NCBI GenBank assembly: GCA_944388555.1
Contig: CALXJH010000038.1
Span: 1-36,599, forward strand
Length of the DNA: 36,599 nucleotides
Direction: 5' to 3'
Source of the DNA: an uncultured Clostridia bacterium
GTDB lineage: Bacteria > Bacillota > Clostridia > RGIG6154
The translations under genes and the position numbers were made by a program. The notes below the pieces were generated by a model, which saw nothing but the letters and a program-made list of their open reading frames with translations, was not told where the DNA came from and made no database searches. Below, one piece after another: positions 1-10,700 of this stretch (the stretch's first letter is position 1; the number at the start of each line of letters is the position of its first letter).

Positions 1-1
1 T

Positions 2-733
2 GTGCACGATTACACAACCCAGCATACTGTGACTCTTCGCTACACTTTTATTAGTGTATCCTCTTTTGAAAGCGCCAAATTAGCTTTGGAGGATGCGGAC
101 AAAACAGAAATCTATTTTAACGACCAAAAAATCAGCAATATCACAGATGGCTGGTTTACCGATAAGTCGATTCAAACGGTTCAAATAGGAACGATACAAG
201 AAGGGAAAAACACCCTCATTTTAAAACTTCCTTTCGGCCCGCGGACCCGTACAGAATATAGTTACATTTTAGGAAATTTTGGCGTCAAACTTCAAGGCTG
301 TGAAAAGGTATTGACAATACGTAACGATAAACTTGGATTTTCATCAATAACGAAACAAGATCTTCCTTTCTATGGCGGAAACATTACCTATCATACCGAA
401 ATAACCTTACAGGAAAATGCAGATATCCGCATCCATGTAAACCACTATAAAGGCGCGCTGATTCGTGTATTTGTGGATGGTAACGATGCAGGCGTGATTG
501 CCTTCTCTCCTTACAACTTGAATGTACCAGACTTATCCGCCGGCACACATAAAATTGATTACTTACTCTACGGAAACCGTTTTAACACATTTGGGGATAT
601 ACATAACGCCAACTCTGAAAATAAATGGGCAGGGCCAAGTTCATGGCATGTTATGGGAGATCATTGGAGCTATACACCGCAGCTTCGAGAAATGGGTATT
701 CTTTCATCTCCTGTTATTCAAATATTAAAATAA
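2..733 (+). CDS. 3' part of a gene truncated by the window edge; beta-sandwich C-terminal modules of a putative glycoside hydrolase
   Basis: The frame is open from the window edge to TAA at 731-733; the leading M in the ORF track is an artefact. VFVDGNDAGVIAFSPYNLNVP resembles IYFNGEKIGTCLYEPYQLKIP near the C-terminus of the 788-aa protein at 15952..18318, so the two look paralogous. Family assigned by eye only. Confidence 0.6.
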   Translation: MHDYTTQHTVTLRYTFISVSSFESAKLALEDADKTEIYFNDQKISNITDGWFTDKSIQTVQIGTIQEGKNTLILKLPFGPRTRTEYSYILGNFGVKLQGCEKVLTIRNDKLGFSSITKQDLPFYGGNITYHTEITLQENADIRIHVNHYKGALIRVFVDGNDAGVIAFSPYNLNVPDLSAGTHKIDYLLYGNRFNTFGDIHNANSENKWAGPSSWHVMGDHWSYTPQLREMGILSSPVIQILK

Positions 734-754
734 AAAAATATCTTTCGTATCATA

Positions 755-795
755 AAAAAGGAAAGCAGACAACCATTCTGCTTTCCTTTTTATAA
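755..795 (+). terminator. Rho-independent terminator downstream of the truncated gene
   Basis: Stem aaaaaggaaagcaga (755-769) pairs with tctgctttccttttt (777-791) and is followed by T-rich sequence. Confidence 0.7.
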
Positions 796-802
796 ATTTT
801 TC

Positions 803-832
803 TTGACATTCCTTTTCACAATATGATATAAT
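803..832 (+). promoter_or_regulatory. Sigma-A type promoter for tRNA-Leu
   Basis: TTGACA at 803-808, an 18-nt spacer containing an extended -10 TG (824-825), and TATAAT at 827-832. It lies about 58 nt upstream of the tRNA. Confidence 0.6.
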
Positions 833-889
833 AGTTTAGCAATTCAAAAAAATGTCGTTGTATTAAACGATGTATCAAACCTTATATAT

Positions 890-972
890 GCGGATGTGAT
901 GGAATTGGCAGACATGCAAGATTTAGGTTCTTGTGCGAAAGCGTGGGGGTTCAAGTCCCTTCATCCGCACCA
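890..972 (+). tRNA. tRNA-Leu, anticodon UAG, with encoded CCA
   Basis: Hand-folded. Acceptor GCGGATG/CATCCGC has 7 perfect pairs. The D-stem is 3 bp, as in type II tRNAs. Anticodon stem CAAGA/TCTTG with loop TTTAGGT gives anticodon TAG at 924-926. An 11-nt variable arm has a GAAA loop. The T-loop is TTCAAGT, the discriminator is A, and CCA is at 970-972. Confidence 0.93.
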
Positions 973-980
973 TAATAGAT

Positions 981-1024
981 AAACCTGTTTCAAAGATAAA
1001 ATGAAACAGGTTTATTTGTTTTGT
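981..1024 (+). terminator. Rho-independent terminator after tRNA-Leu
   Basis: AAACCTGTTTCA (981-992) pairs with TGAAACAGGTTT (1002-1013), followed by ATTTGTTTTG. Confidence 0.7.
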
Positions 1025-1035
1025 CTGAGACAAAG

Positions 1036-1790
1036 ATAACCCCCTGCTCTGCAGGGGGGGGAAAAAATAGCGTATAGCGAGGAGTAGAGTATACACGAAA
1101 AAAAGCTCCCTGTTATAATAGAAGTGGTTTGCCGACCACACAACTAAAATAACAAGGAGGTCTTACTCGTGAAAGAGCAAGACATAAATAGTTTAGACCA
1201 TACAAGCTGGAGATGTCAATACCATGTTGTATTTGCACCGAAGTACAGAAGACAAGTAATTTACAGAGAGATAAAGGCAGACATAGGAAAAATACTGAGA
1301 AGATTATGTGAGCAAAAGGGAGTGGAAATAATAGAAGCGGAATTATGTCCTGACCATGTGCATATGCTGATAAGTATACCGCCGAAATACAGTGTGTCGC
1401 AGATAATGGGATACTTAAAAGGGAAGAGCAGCTTAATGATTTTCGACAGACATGCAAATTTAAAGTATAAATACGGAAACAGGCACTTTTGGGCAAGAGG
1501 GTACTATGTGGATACAGTCGGACGCAACAAAAAGCAAGTGCAAGAATACATCAAGCATCAGTTGGATGAAGACCAAGTAGCAGACCAAATGAGCATAAAA
1601 GAATATATCGACCCGTTTACGGGTAACGAGAACAAGAAGGCATAATTAAAAACCCCTTAAGGGGTAGCCCGAAAAAAGAATGCAGTCGGCGAACCTTTTC
1701 GGCGCCCCTTTAGGGGTTTCGTCTGTAAAATGCCCTTTTAGGGCTTATTCAAGTCTCCGGCTTAGCCGGAGGTTTTGACTTTTTAATAAA
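1036..1790 (+). mobile_element. IS200/IS605-family insertion sequence (tnpA only); boundaries approximate
   Basis: A Y1 transposase gene is flanked by structured ends. Left end: an 8-bp stem with a 3-nt loop, ccccctgc-tct-gcaggggg (1040-1058). Right end: a series of short hairpins between about 1650 and 1785 (ccccttaagggg, cccctttagggg, gcccttttagggc, ctccggcttagccggag). No inverted terminal repeats were seen, as expected for this family. Confidence 0.75.
1169..1645 (+). CDS. tnpA: IS200/IS605-family Y1 (HUH) transposase TnpA
   Basis: 158 aa with a GTG start 8 nt after GGAGG. Family hallmarks are present: YHVVFAPKYRR, the HUH motif in CPDHVHMLISIPP, and FWARGYYVDTVG containing the catalytic Tyr region. 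Confidence 0.93.
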   Translation: MKEQDINSLDHTSWRCQYHVVFAPKYRRQVIYREIKADIGKILRRLCEQKGVEIIEAELCPDHVHMLISIPPKYSVSQIMGYLKGKSSLMIFDRHANLKYKYGNRHFWARGYYVDTVGRNKKQVQEYIKHQLDEDQVADQMSIKEYIDPFTGNENKKA

Positions 1791-1979
1791 CTTGGCGAAT
1801 AACATAATGGAACAGTTTTGTATGTTGACAAATTAAGAAATCATGATATTTTGCTTTTGGCAGTGAGGTATGCCAAAGTAGTAACATACAAAAACTTCAC
1901 TTATATTTTATCAAAAGAAAAATTTTTTCAATTCACCCAATGAACCAGTAATTTCTGACACTTTATAGTCGAAAGGCAG

Positions 1980-3536
1980 GTGAGAATAATGAATGCGGAT
2001 AGAATAGAAGACTATATTGAAAGGGTGTACGGATATGCGATCAATCATACCTTTTCAAAAGAAGAAGCGGACGAGCTTTCACAGGAAATTTTATTTACAG
2101 CTATAAGAGAACTACCCCAACTAAAAGATGACACCAGATTTGAACCGTGGCTTTGGGGTATTGCAAACAATGTTACAAAATCCTTCAGGCGTTACATGGG
2201 GAAACAGCGCGCGATGTATTCCTATGATACCCTTGAGAATTTGTCCTGTGAAGATGAATATGGTGATGAAAACGAAGAGATTTACGATTCGCTGAGAACT
2301 AAAATCGCCATGCTTTCAGAAATGTATCGCAGCATCATTATTCTTTACTATTATGACGGCCTTTCAACAAAACAGATCTCTGAAAAGCTGGATATTCCGG
2401 AGGGAACAGTCACTTGGCGGCTTTCAGAGGCTCGTAAAAAGCTGAAAAGGGAGTGTACAGAAATGAATGAAACAGCATTGAAACCGGTAAAACTGATGAT
2501 TCGTATCAATGGTGATGGCAATTATAAAGATCCAATCAGTCCATTTCCGTATGTCTATATCAATGACGCACTGTCGCAGAATATTCTGTATTATTGCTAT
2601 GAAGCTCCTAAAACAGTAGAAGAGCTTGCAAAATTGTGCGGTGTCCCCACTTATTACATCGAAGATTGCCTGGAAAATTTGATAAAGCGGGAAGCGATGT
2701 CGGAAGTATCAAAAGGAAAATACAGAACAGATTTTATCATCTATTCAGAAAAAGCAAGAGAGTACGATGAAAAGGCAAAAGGTGTCTTTGAACCTGTTGT
2801 TGACGGCTTTGTTTCGTCTCTGAAGGAGCTTGCCGATTCTGCTGAAAATCTTGGAATATATACAGCGGAAAAACCAAAAGAGGAGCTGATCTATCTCTAT
2901 GGCATTATGGCGATGGAGCATTTAAGCGAAAAGTATAATCCGGTTAAATGGGTTGAGCGTTCTGTGCGGTATGACGGCTGCCGCTGGAGTTACCATGCTC
3001 ATTTGATGAATGACAATCAATACACGATACGAGGACTGGGACGTGAAGAATCGTCAAATCTCGGAAGCAGAGGCAATTATAAGCATATTTCGTATCATTT
3101 CGGCGGCTTTTCTTATCGTGAAATGATGTTTGATAACGAAATAAACATTTGTGAGGATATTTTGCTCGGAAGAGAAATTGAGGATAAAGATTCGGCTGCG
3201 GCGGCAATCGCAAAAGGATTTATTTCCAGAAAGGATAACGACAAATTGTTTGTTACAGTTCCGGCATTTACCAAAGAGCAAAAAAAACGGTTTGATCTGC
3301 TGACGGATCAGGCTTTTTACTCCTCAATTGACGGCTACACTGACGCCGTCCGCAAGTATGTGAGTGGTTATAAAAAACTGTTTCCGGAGCATCTGAAGGA
3401 TGATGTGACACGAGCTTGTTACTATATGTTTTTAACACTTTATGCTACTCATATCTGTGATATAGCAAAGGAGAGAGGAATGCTTATTTCTCCCCCTGAC
3501 GGCAGTATATGCGATGTATTAATACAACATAAATAG
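1980..3536 (+). CDS. ECF-type sigma-70 family factor with a roughly 350-aa C-terminal extension
   Basis: Region 2-like ELSQEILFTAIRELPQLKDDTRFEPWLWGIANNV and region 4 HTH LSTKQISEKLDIPEGTVTWRLSEARKKLK lie within the first ~165 aa. About 350 further residues follow with no obvious transmembrane helix. ATG at 1989 is an alternative start. Confidence 0.85.
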   Translation: MRIMNADRIEDYIERVYGYAINHTFSKEEADELSQEILFTAIRELPQLKDDTRFEPWLWGIANNVTKSFRRYMGKQRAMYSYDTLENLSCEDEYGDENEEIYDSLRTKIAMLSEMYRSIIILYYYDGLSTKQISEKLDIPEGTVTWRLSEARKKLKRECTEMNETALKPVKLMIRINGDGNYKDPISPFPYVYINDALSQNILYYCYEAPKTVEELAKLCGVPTYYIEDCLENLIKREAMSEVSKGKYRTDFIIYSEKAREYDEKAKGVFEPVVDGFVSSLKELADSAENLGIYTAEKPKEELIYLYGIMAMEHLSEKYNPVKWVERSVRYDGCRWSYHAHLMNDNQYTIRGLGREESSNLGSRGNYKHISYHFGGFSYREMMFDNEINICEDILLGREIEDKDSAAAAIAKGFISRKDNDKLFVTVPAFTKEQKKRFDLLTDQAFYSSIDGYTDAVRKYVSGYKKLFPEHLKDDVTRACYYMFLTLYATHICDIAKERGMLISPPDGSICDVLIQHK

Positions 3537-3761
3537 TATTTGTTCATAAAATAGAGGTAGGTTCTGAGAGTTAACCGATCTAATGAAAAATACAATGTTG
3601 TTTCAATGATAAAATATACCAAGGCAAAAATATAAAAAACGAACATTGTAAAGAATAATCTTTTTGTTATACTTTTTATATCAAAAACAAATAAGCCCAT
3701 AATCTTTGGGGTTGATTCAAATCTAAATTCTTTTGCATCTTTTTTAGTCCCTCTTTACAGA

Positions 3762-3810
3762 AAAAGCACAACATTGTGGAGATGAACTCTCTTGTTGTGC
3801 TTTTTATTTT
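3762..3810 (+). terminator. Strong hairpin plus T-tract, a possible terminator about 230 nt after the sigma gene
   Basis: A 12-bp stem, aaaagcacaaca (3762-3773) pairing with tgttgtgctttt (3793-3804), followed by tatttt. Confidence 0.5.
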
Positions 3811-3847
3811 ACAGATTAAAAGATTATGTATATAAAGGGCGAGTTAT

Positions 3848-4225
3848 ATGAATGATGAAATGGAGTTGTTTCCAGAAAATTTTAAAAATCAAATTAGGTC
3901 AAAAACGTCGAGAGTACCATTTATATGATGAAAAAAGGCAAAAAATAATACTTGGCAATACAATCACTTTTTTAACACCGAATCAAAAGAAACAGTAACA
4001 GTGTTCGTTGAAAATCTATATGTTTACAAAAACTTCAAGGCCTCCTATCAAGATTTTTGGAAAGAAGATTTTGCAGACACAGAAAAAGCAATAGAACAAG
4101 TTGTTTGGGATGCGCATCAGAATTGATGGGCAAAGGACAAGGAAGAAAATTTCGGCTGTGTCGTTATAGAGATAAAATTGGTCTACCCCTATGAATTTGA
4201 AAAGCAACAGTGTGTTTTAATATAA
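3848..4225 (+). pseudogene. Possible decayed gene (frameshifts and an in-frame TGA), family unknown
   Basis: Hand translation gives protein-like pieces in shifting frames: MNDEMELFPENFKNQIRSKTSRVPFI, then TVFVENLYVYKNFKASYQDFWKEDFADTEKAIEQVVWDAHQN, then TGA, then WAKDKEENFGCVVIEIKLVYPYEFEKQQCVLI. No intact ORF was found. Confidence 0.3.
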
Positions 4226-4701
4226 AACAAGTAATGCTGATAACTTGCGTGATACTCATATTTAATTTAAATTTAACTTCAGAACCAATGAGATTAAATT
4301 TCGGTGCAGGTTCAAGTCTCATAGGCCAAAAACGCGCGGCAACTTTTTAGGTCCTGTTCACACGTCGAGGAAAAGCCCACTTTGCTCCGATGTTTTTTTA
4401 GTTATACAAAAATATCTTATGTTCAGTTCACTGCGCTCCCTTTTCGAATCACATCTACTGCAGGAAATTATGATTCTGCTTTATTGCAACAGCGGCAACA
4501 AGTTCTGTATCACCACCCAGGTCATATACTGTCATAAAATAGATACACATACATAAAACCTTGATTTATTAAGTTTTTTTGCTATCTTTGGAGCATGTTT
4601 TTTAATACATTTTTTAGACACAAAAAATATAAATCCTATCCTGTCAAAGCTTGACTTCACAATAGACGTTACACTTCTCTATCATTTTTATTATTCTATA
4701 C

Positions 4702-4739
4702 AAAAATTCAGGGCATACCGTTTTGGCTTCGGTATGCCC
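4702..4739 (-). terminator. Rho-independent terminator of the giant surface-protein gene
   Basis: gggcataccg (4711-4720) pairs with cggtatgccc (4730-4739). On the minus strand it is followed by TGAATTTTTG. It lies 20 nt after the stop codon. Confidence 0.8.
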
Positions 4740-4758
4740 CCATTGTATTTGCGGCTAT

Positions 4759-7700
4759 TTACTCTTTGTTTGTGTTATTAAGTCTGTGAAGGATCGCAGC
4801 AATTTCTGCTCTTGTTGCATTATCATTCGGATTAAATGTTGTGGTACTCTTTCCTTTCATCAAATCACTGCCCACGACATATTGAACAGATGGTATTGCA
4901 TACGCAGAAATATTATTAAAGTCAATATAGGAAAGAATATTAGTTCCTTCTTTATCCGTTGTATCTATTCCTTTGTACTTAGCGTATCTATGTATGATTG
5001 CCGCTATCTGCTCTCTTATGATGTTTTGATCAGGCGCAAATTCTGTTTCAGAATATCCTTTGATTATTCCATTCTGCTGTCCCCAAACAACTGCTTCTGC
5101 ATAATATGCTTTAGCATCTACATCTTCAAAAGTAACGGTGCCTGTAACTTCCGGATTTCCTTCTGCACGGTAGAGCACTGTAACAAGCATTGCTCTTGTA
5201 ATTATTCCGTTAGGATCAAAGGTTTTGTTGGTTGTTCCGTTGAATAAAGCGTTCTCTACTGCATAGCAGACATCGTCGTAATACCAATCGTCCTGTTTAA
5301 CATCATCAAACGGATTTTCCCAAGCAAGGTTATCCTCATCAGAGGGTTCATCACCAGATTGGTTGCCAGAGTCATCGTCATTATCCGTTATATTTTTCGT
5401 CCATTTTGCATAAAGCGTAAAGGATTTTGTTACTTTAGAAGAAAAGTTATACTCTGTTGTAAGCGCTTTATCTGTGTACCAGCCTTCAAAAATATACCCT
5501 TCTCTATCTGGCTTTTCCGGTTCATTTAAAATTTGATTTTCAACAACCGTCACATTTTCTATTTTTTCAGCACCATTTGTATCAAAACTTATAACATAGT
5601 TTGACGCAGTGTTTTCGCTGCCGGTACCGCTACTGCCGCCACTGTTGCCGCCGCCAGTGCTACTGCTGCCACTACCGCCACCACTGCTGCCACCAGAAGG
5701 TCGAGCCTTTACAGTAATATTTGAAATAATGCTGCCGCTTCCTATATAGTTTTCACAGCTATCACCTGTAATTCCGTTAAATGTTATAACAACTGTATAA
5801 GTGCCTATTTCTGTTATAATATCCTCTAAGCTGTTAAATGTCTGACCCTTTGAATTCGTTATAGCTAAAGATACATTGTCAAGAGAGAGTTTCTCGCTGT
5901 TTAAAGTACCTGAAATTTTGTATAATTCACTTTCCGTAACAGAAGTGTTCTTATATTTAGAAACCGTATTTCCTTCAATAGTAAGAGGCAATTTCGTTAC
6001 AGTAAGCGTTCCTGGTGTATGTTTGATTTCATAATTTGCGGTTACATCATTATGATTCATATCATATACAGCGACATCTTGTACAGCGTTTTCAGTGGTT
6101 CCGGCATTAGTGATTGTACTTGCTGCTGTCATTGTAACGTCGACTATATGCCCGCTGACCGGGTTTGTACCGTCTGTAAATGCAAATTCTCCCGATGTGA
6201 GCGGCAACGCATCATAACATTTTTCAGCATCATTTGCTTTAATTGAAAGTGGTTTCTTCGTAATATGAACAGTTGCCGTTCCGGTGTTAAATCTTACAAC
6301 ATAACCATTTTGCAGTGCTTCCACATAGCAGTAATATTCACCGCTGTCTGACACGTTGCGCACCATGTAAAAAAGTGCAGAATCAGATTCAACAGGTACA
6401 AACGAGGTAGTGCCCGTTGCTTTAAAATACCATTGATACGTCTGAACTGTCAATTCATTTACCAATGCATATTCTAATATGTGTGCATTTCCGTCGTATT
6501 CGCCTTCATAGCTGTTTGGAATAACGTCCGAAACCGAATAGTTTGCATAATATTTTTTATTTCCGCTGTCTGTAGGTGTAATCGTAGTTACCCGAACGCC
6601 TTCAAAGAATTCATTATCATACCAGCCGATAAAATCAAACCCATCTTTTGTTACATCTGTCGGCAGCACTGCACCTACAGAATATACATACGCATTTACT
6701 GCACCGCTGTTAATCATACCGCCGTTGGTTTCATAGGTAATCGTATATGTCATTGGCACCCATACAGCATATAAATCAAGGTCTTCATCAACTGTATATT
6801 CAGCGCCTGGGTTGTAAATTACCTCACCGTCCGCTTTGGCTGCCCAGCCTTCAAATGTATATCCGTAACGCTGCGGTTCAAGATTAGATAATATAATACT
6901 GCCGCCATGCTCTTTGATCTGTCCTTCCGGCATATTCGCTACGTATTCTGTCACCGCTGAATGATAGGTAATTGCATAGGTATCAATTCCAATTCCTCTT
7001 ATGGTGACTGTAATATTTTCCGTTATATTACTGATTGTACAGTATATGACATCACCATCGATCGATACAGGAGAGAGCTCTGTCCCATTTGAAAGAATTA
7101 TAATATTGTCCATATTGTAACCGGATGCAACAGCAACAGCAAATGAATATTCACCGCCGTATTGTACCATATCACCGTTCCCAGTGACTGTATATGCAGC
7201 ATTAGATGACGGAAGCGTAACATGATAGGTCAAAATCTCCCATTGTGCAATCAAAGTCATATCACATTCTACTATATCATTATCAAAATCCCATATACTC
7301 GTTTCATATGCCCAGCCTGCAAACCTCATACCTTCTTTTGAAGGATTTGCCGGTAATGTAAGCTTTGAACCATAAACAACATTGTTTTCACGATACACCT
7401 GTCCGTCTACCACATATGTTACGGTGTGCTGATCGATTTCAACCCCTGTTACAGTAATTGTCTGATCCGCCGAAATGTTTTGGAGCGTATAGGTATAAAC
7501 ATTTCCGCTTACGCTTGGTGTGAGCAGTACGCCGTTTGCATATACTCGCATATTTTCTGCGTTATAGTGCTCTGCAATCGTCACATTAAATGTGTAGTTT
7601 CCGCCATAGGCGACATTTGTACTATCTGTCGACGCAACCGTATATCCGCTGCCGCTCTGCGCCGGCGTTACGGTATAGACATTGTCTGACCACTGCGCTG

Positions 7701-10700
7701 TAAACGTAATATCCGATGTTAACGTATCGTTTTCGTAATCCCAGATAACGCCGCCGCTCGCCCAGCCTGCAAAAGCAACGCCCTGCTTTGACGGTGCCAA
7801 AGGTTCTGTTATTTTTTCTCCGTAATTTACCGTTTCTGTTGTATACACCTGTCCGTCTACCACATACGTAACAGTGTGCTGATCGATTTCAACGCCCGTT
7901 ACAGTGATTGTCTGATCAGCTGAAATGTTTTGGAGTGTATAGGTATAGACATTTCCGCTTACGCTCGGCGTGAGCAGTACGCCGTTTGCATATACACGCA
8001 TATTTTCTGCGTTATAGTGCTCTGCAATCGTCACATTAAATGTGTAGTTTCCGCCATAGGCGACATTTGTACTATTTGTCGATGCAACCGTATATCCGCT
8101 GCCGCTCTGCGCCGGTGTTACATGCAGGGTATTTGCTGTGAACTGTGCATATACCGACATGTTTTGATCCAGAATCGTTGACTCATTTATCTCCGTTCCA
8201 CCTGCCGGCTGACTAAACCAGCCGATAAATGTGTAACCTTGTTTTTCAGGCGGATTTGGCAGTATGATTGTATCAGCGTTACCTTCAATGGAAGATTGTG
8301 TATAATATAGTCCTCCGCTGTAGTAAAATTCCGCAGTATAGATTGTCTTTGCGTCTGCTGTTGCCACAAAGCAAACCGGTCCGGTTATCTGATAATTTCC
8401 ATCCGAAATCAACACCGCATTTTCCTGCGGAATCGCTGTGATAACGGGTACGTCATATCCATCAGCGCTTGCTGCGGTAATCTTAACCGTTCCGTTATAC
8501 GCAACCTCGTTTGCACTTATGCTTCCGTTTACACCATCACCCATAACAAGAGAAACTGCATATCTATTTATCTCCCATTGTGCGTAAAGTGTGATATTGG
8601 AATTTAAATTCAATTCGTCTCCTGCACGGTAACTTGTACCTGTTCCGTCGGCTTTTGTATTCCAGCCAGTAAAGGTATAACCTGTACGAGCGGGAATATC
8701 AGAGCTCAATGCCAGCACAGTATCATGCAGTTTTGTTTGATTACCGGGAACCAAAACGGGCTCCGTTGTATTTTCATCATATTCTACGGTATATGTATTA
8801 GCAATCCACTTTGCATAAAGCGTTACCGCACTTGTTATATCGGTTTGGAAATCATATGGTTGATTACAATCTTTATCTATATACCAGCCCCCAAATGTAT
8901 ATCCGTACCTATCTGGTGCAATCGGCTGTGACACCTTTAATCCCGCCTCTACGGTACTAATCAGAAAGATACTGCCGTTGCTGACAAAAGTAACGGTATA
9001 TTGCGGGTTCGGCGTTACGGAAATCGAAATCACCGGCTGCGCTTTAACGGAAGTAACTGTATAAGTAAATACATCTCCGTTTCTCGTGCCATCCAAAGTC
9101 TGCCCGTTTACGTATACAACAGGCACTGCCGTTTTATATCCGTCTTTAAGCGTAACTGCAAAGCTAAAATTCTTTCCGCTTTCAACAGTTGTGTTTTTGG
9201 GAGAAACGCTATAGCCTGTGCCGTCATTGAGTATAATACTGAATGTTTCCTTAGTAACGTTATATAGATTAACACTTGTGTCGGCAGATATATTTTTTAT
9301 ATTATAGCTATAGGTGTTTGCGCTTGTCTGAACAGCTCCAAGCATAATTCCGTTTGCCAAAACAGCCATTTTGTCCGCGCTGTAGCCATCCTCTACAGAT
9401 ACGCTGAACGAAAGCTCTTCATTTCCGCTAACGGTCACATCTTTCTCTGTTGTTAATTCGTTTCCATCATAATATACATGATAACCTTCACCAGAAGAAG
9501 GAAGTGTTACCGTATACGTTTCATTTTTAAGAATGACTGCATACAGATAAACTGTTGAAGTGTTTTCACCGGTAAGGCCTGTTGTGATTTCCTGACCGTC
9601 CCTGTAATAAACTGTATCACTTCCCGAAGCGATGGACCAGCCTTTGAAAGAATATCCCTCCGGAACAGAAATTTCCAGCATATCTGCTTTAGGCAGGGAA
9701 AAACTTTGTCCGTAAACAGCTTCCATTTCGCTGACAATCGCGCCTGCTCCGTTTATAAATGCCACGTTATACTTCACAGGCTCCCACGCCGCATATAAAT
9801 AAAATTCAGAAGAAACGCTGTTCCATGGATTTGTCTTGTAATAGTCCGACAAATTCATATTTTGATCGTATACCAATTCTCCTGCTTTATTTGCCGATGT
9901 ATAATAGCCTGCAAATATAAATCCGTATCTTTTCGGTGCCATTAACCCTTCGTTCGGCAGTATCTGTCCATATTCGACCTCGCAGGAAGGTGTCCCGGAA
10001 GTTCCGCCCTCCGAACAAAACAGGACTGTTGTTTTTGCACTCTCCCAAACTGCATAAAGCGTGATTTCCGTACCCTGAACATCTGCAAGATTCTTTACGA
10101 CCGCACCGTCGACATATGCAATTTCTCCGTTTGGTGCGTACGACCAGCCGGCAAACTGGTTTCCGTCTTTTTGAAAGATATTGCCAGCAAGCGCAAATTC
10201 CTGATCATATGCAGCGGAAGACGATGTCATAATACCGCTGCCGCCGTTTGCATTATATTTAACTGTATAGTTTATCGGCTCCCATACAGCATACAATACA
10301 GCGTCCTCCGCCGACATCAGAATCGTGTCGCCGCCGTGATATATTGTACCTGCAAAATCCGGTGTTTTGCTCCAGCCGCTGAAAATATACCCGGTTCTGT
10401 CAGGCTGAACAGAGGTTATATACGCTGTATTACCGTTTGTGTAAACTTTCATGTCCACAGGCGCATTCATACCGCCGTTTGCATGATATATTACATTTAC
10501 AGAGGACGAATCAGAAACAACAACCGATGAATTGCCTCTTACCTCGAATCTGTATTTGCCATCATCAGGCAAAACCCGGACGCCGTTTATATATACCTTG
10601 GGATTTGCACCGCTTACGGTAAATTCCGCATACTCGCCAAACTTATATCCGTCGGCGTCTATACCGTTAATCGAATAACCACTTGCCGCACTCGTCTTAA

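Noticed and set aside
923-1496. Minus-strand ORFs 923..1141 and 1113..1496
   Set aside because: They overlap the tRNA, its terminator and the tnpA gene on the opposite strand. They have no RBS or recognisable motifs.
3449-3700. 83-aa minus-strand hydrophobic ORF
   Set aside because: It overlaps the 3' end of the sigma gene, is AT-rich and of low complexity, and has no RBS.
4296-4330. tRNA 3'-end fragment or att remnant (ggttcaagtctcataggcca resembles a T-loop)
   Set aside because: The putative T-stem (GCAGG/CTCAT) does not pair and no acceptor stem can be formed. The similarity is limited to the GGTTCAAGTC core.
7393-8122. Template and variable repeats of a diversity-generating retroelement
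   Set aside because: There is no reverse transcriptase in the window. The differences are not confined to adenines and are almost all synonymous.
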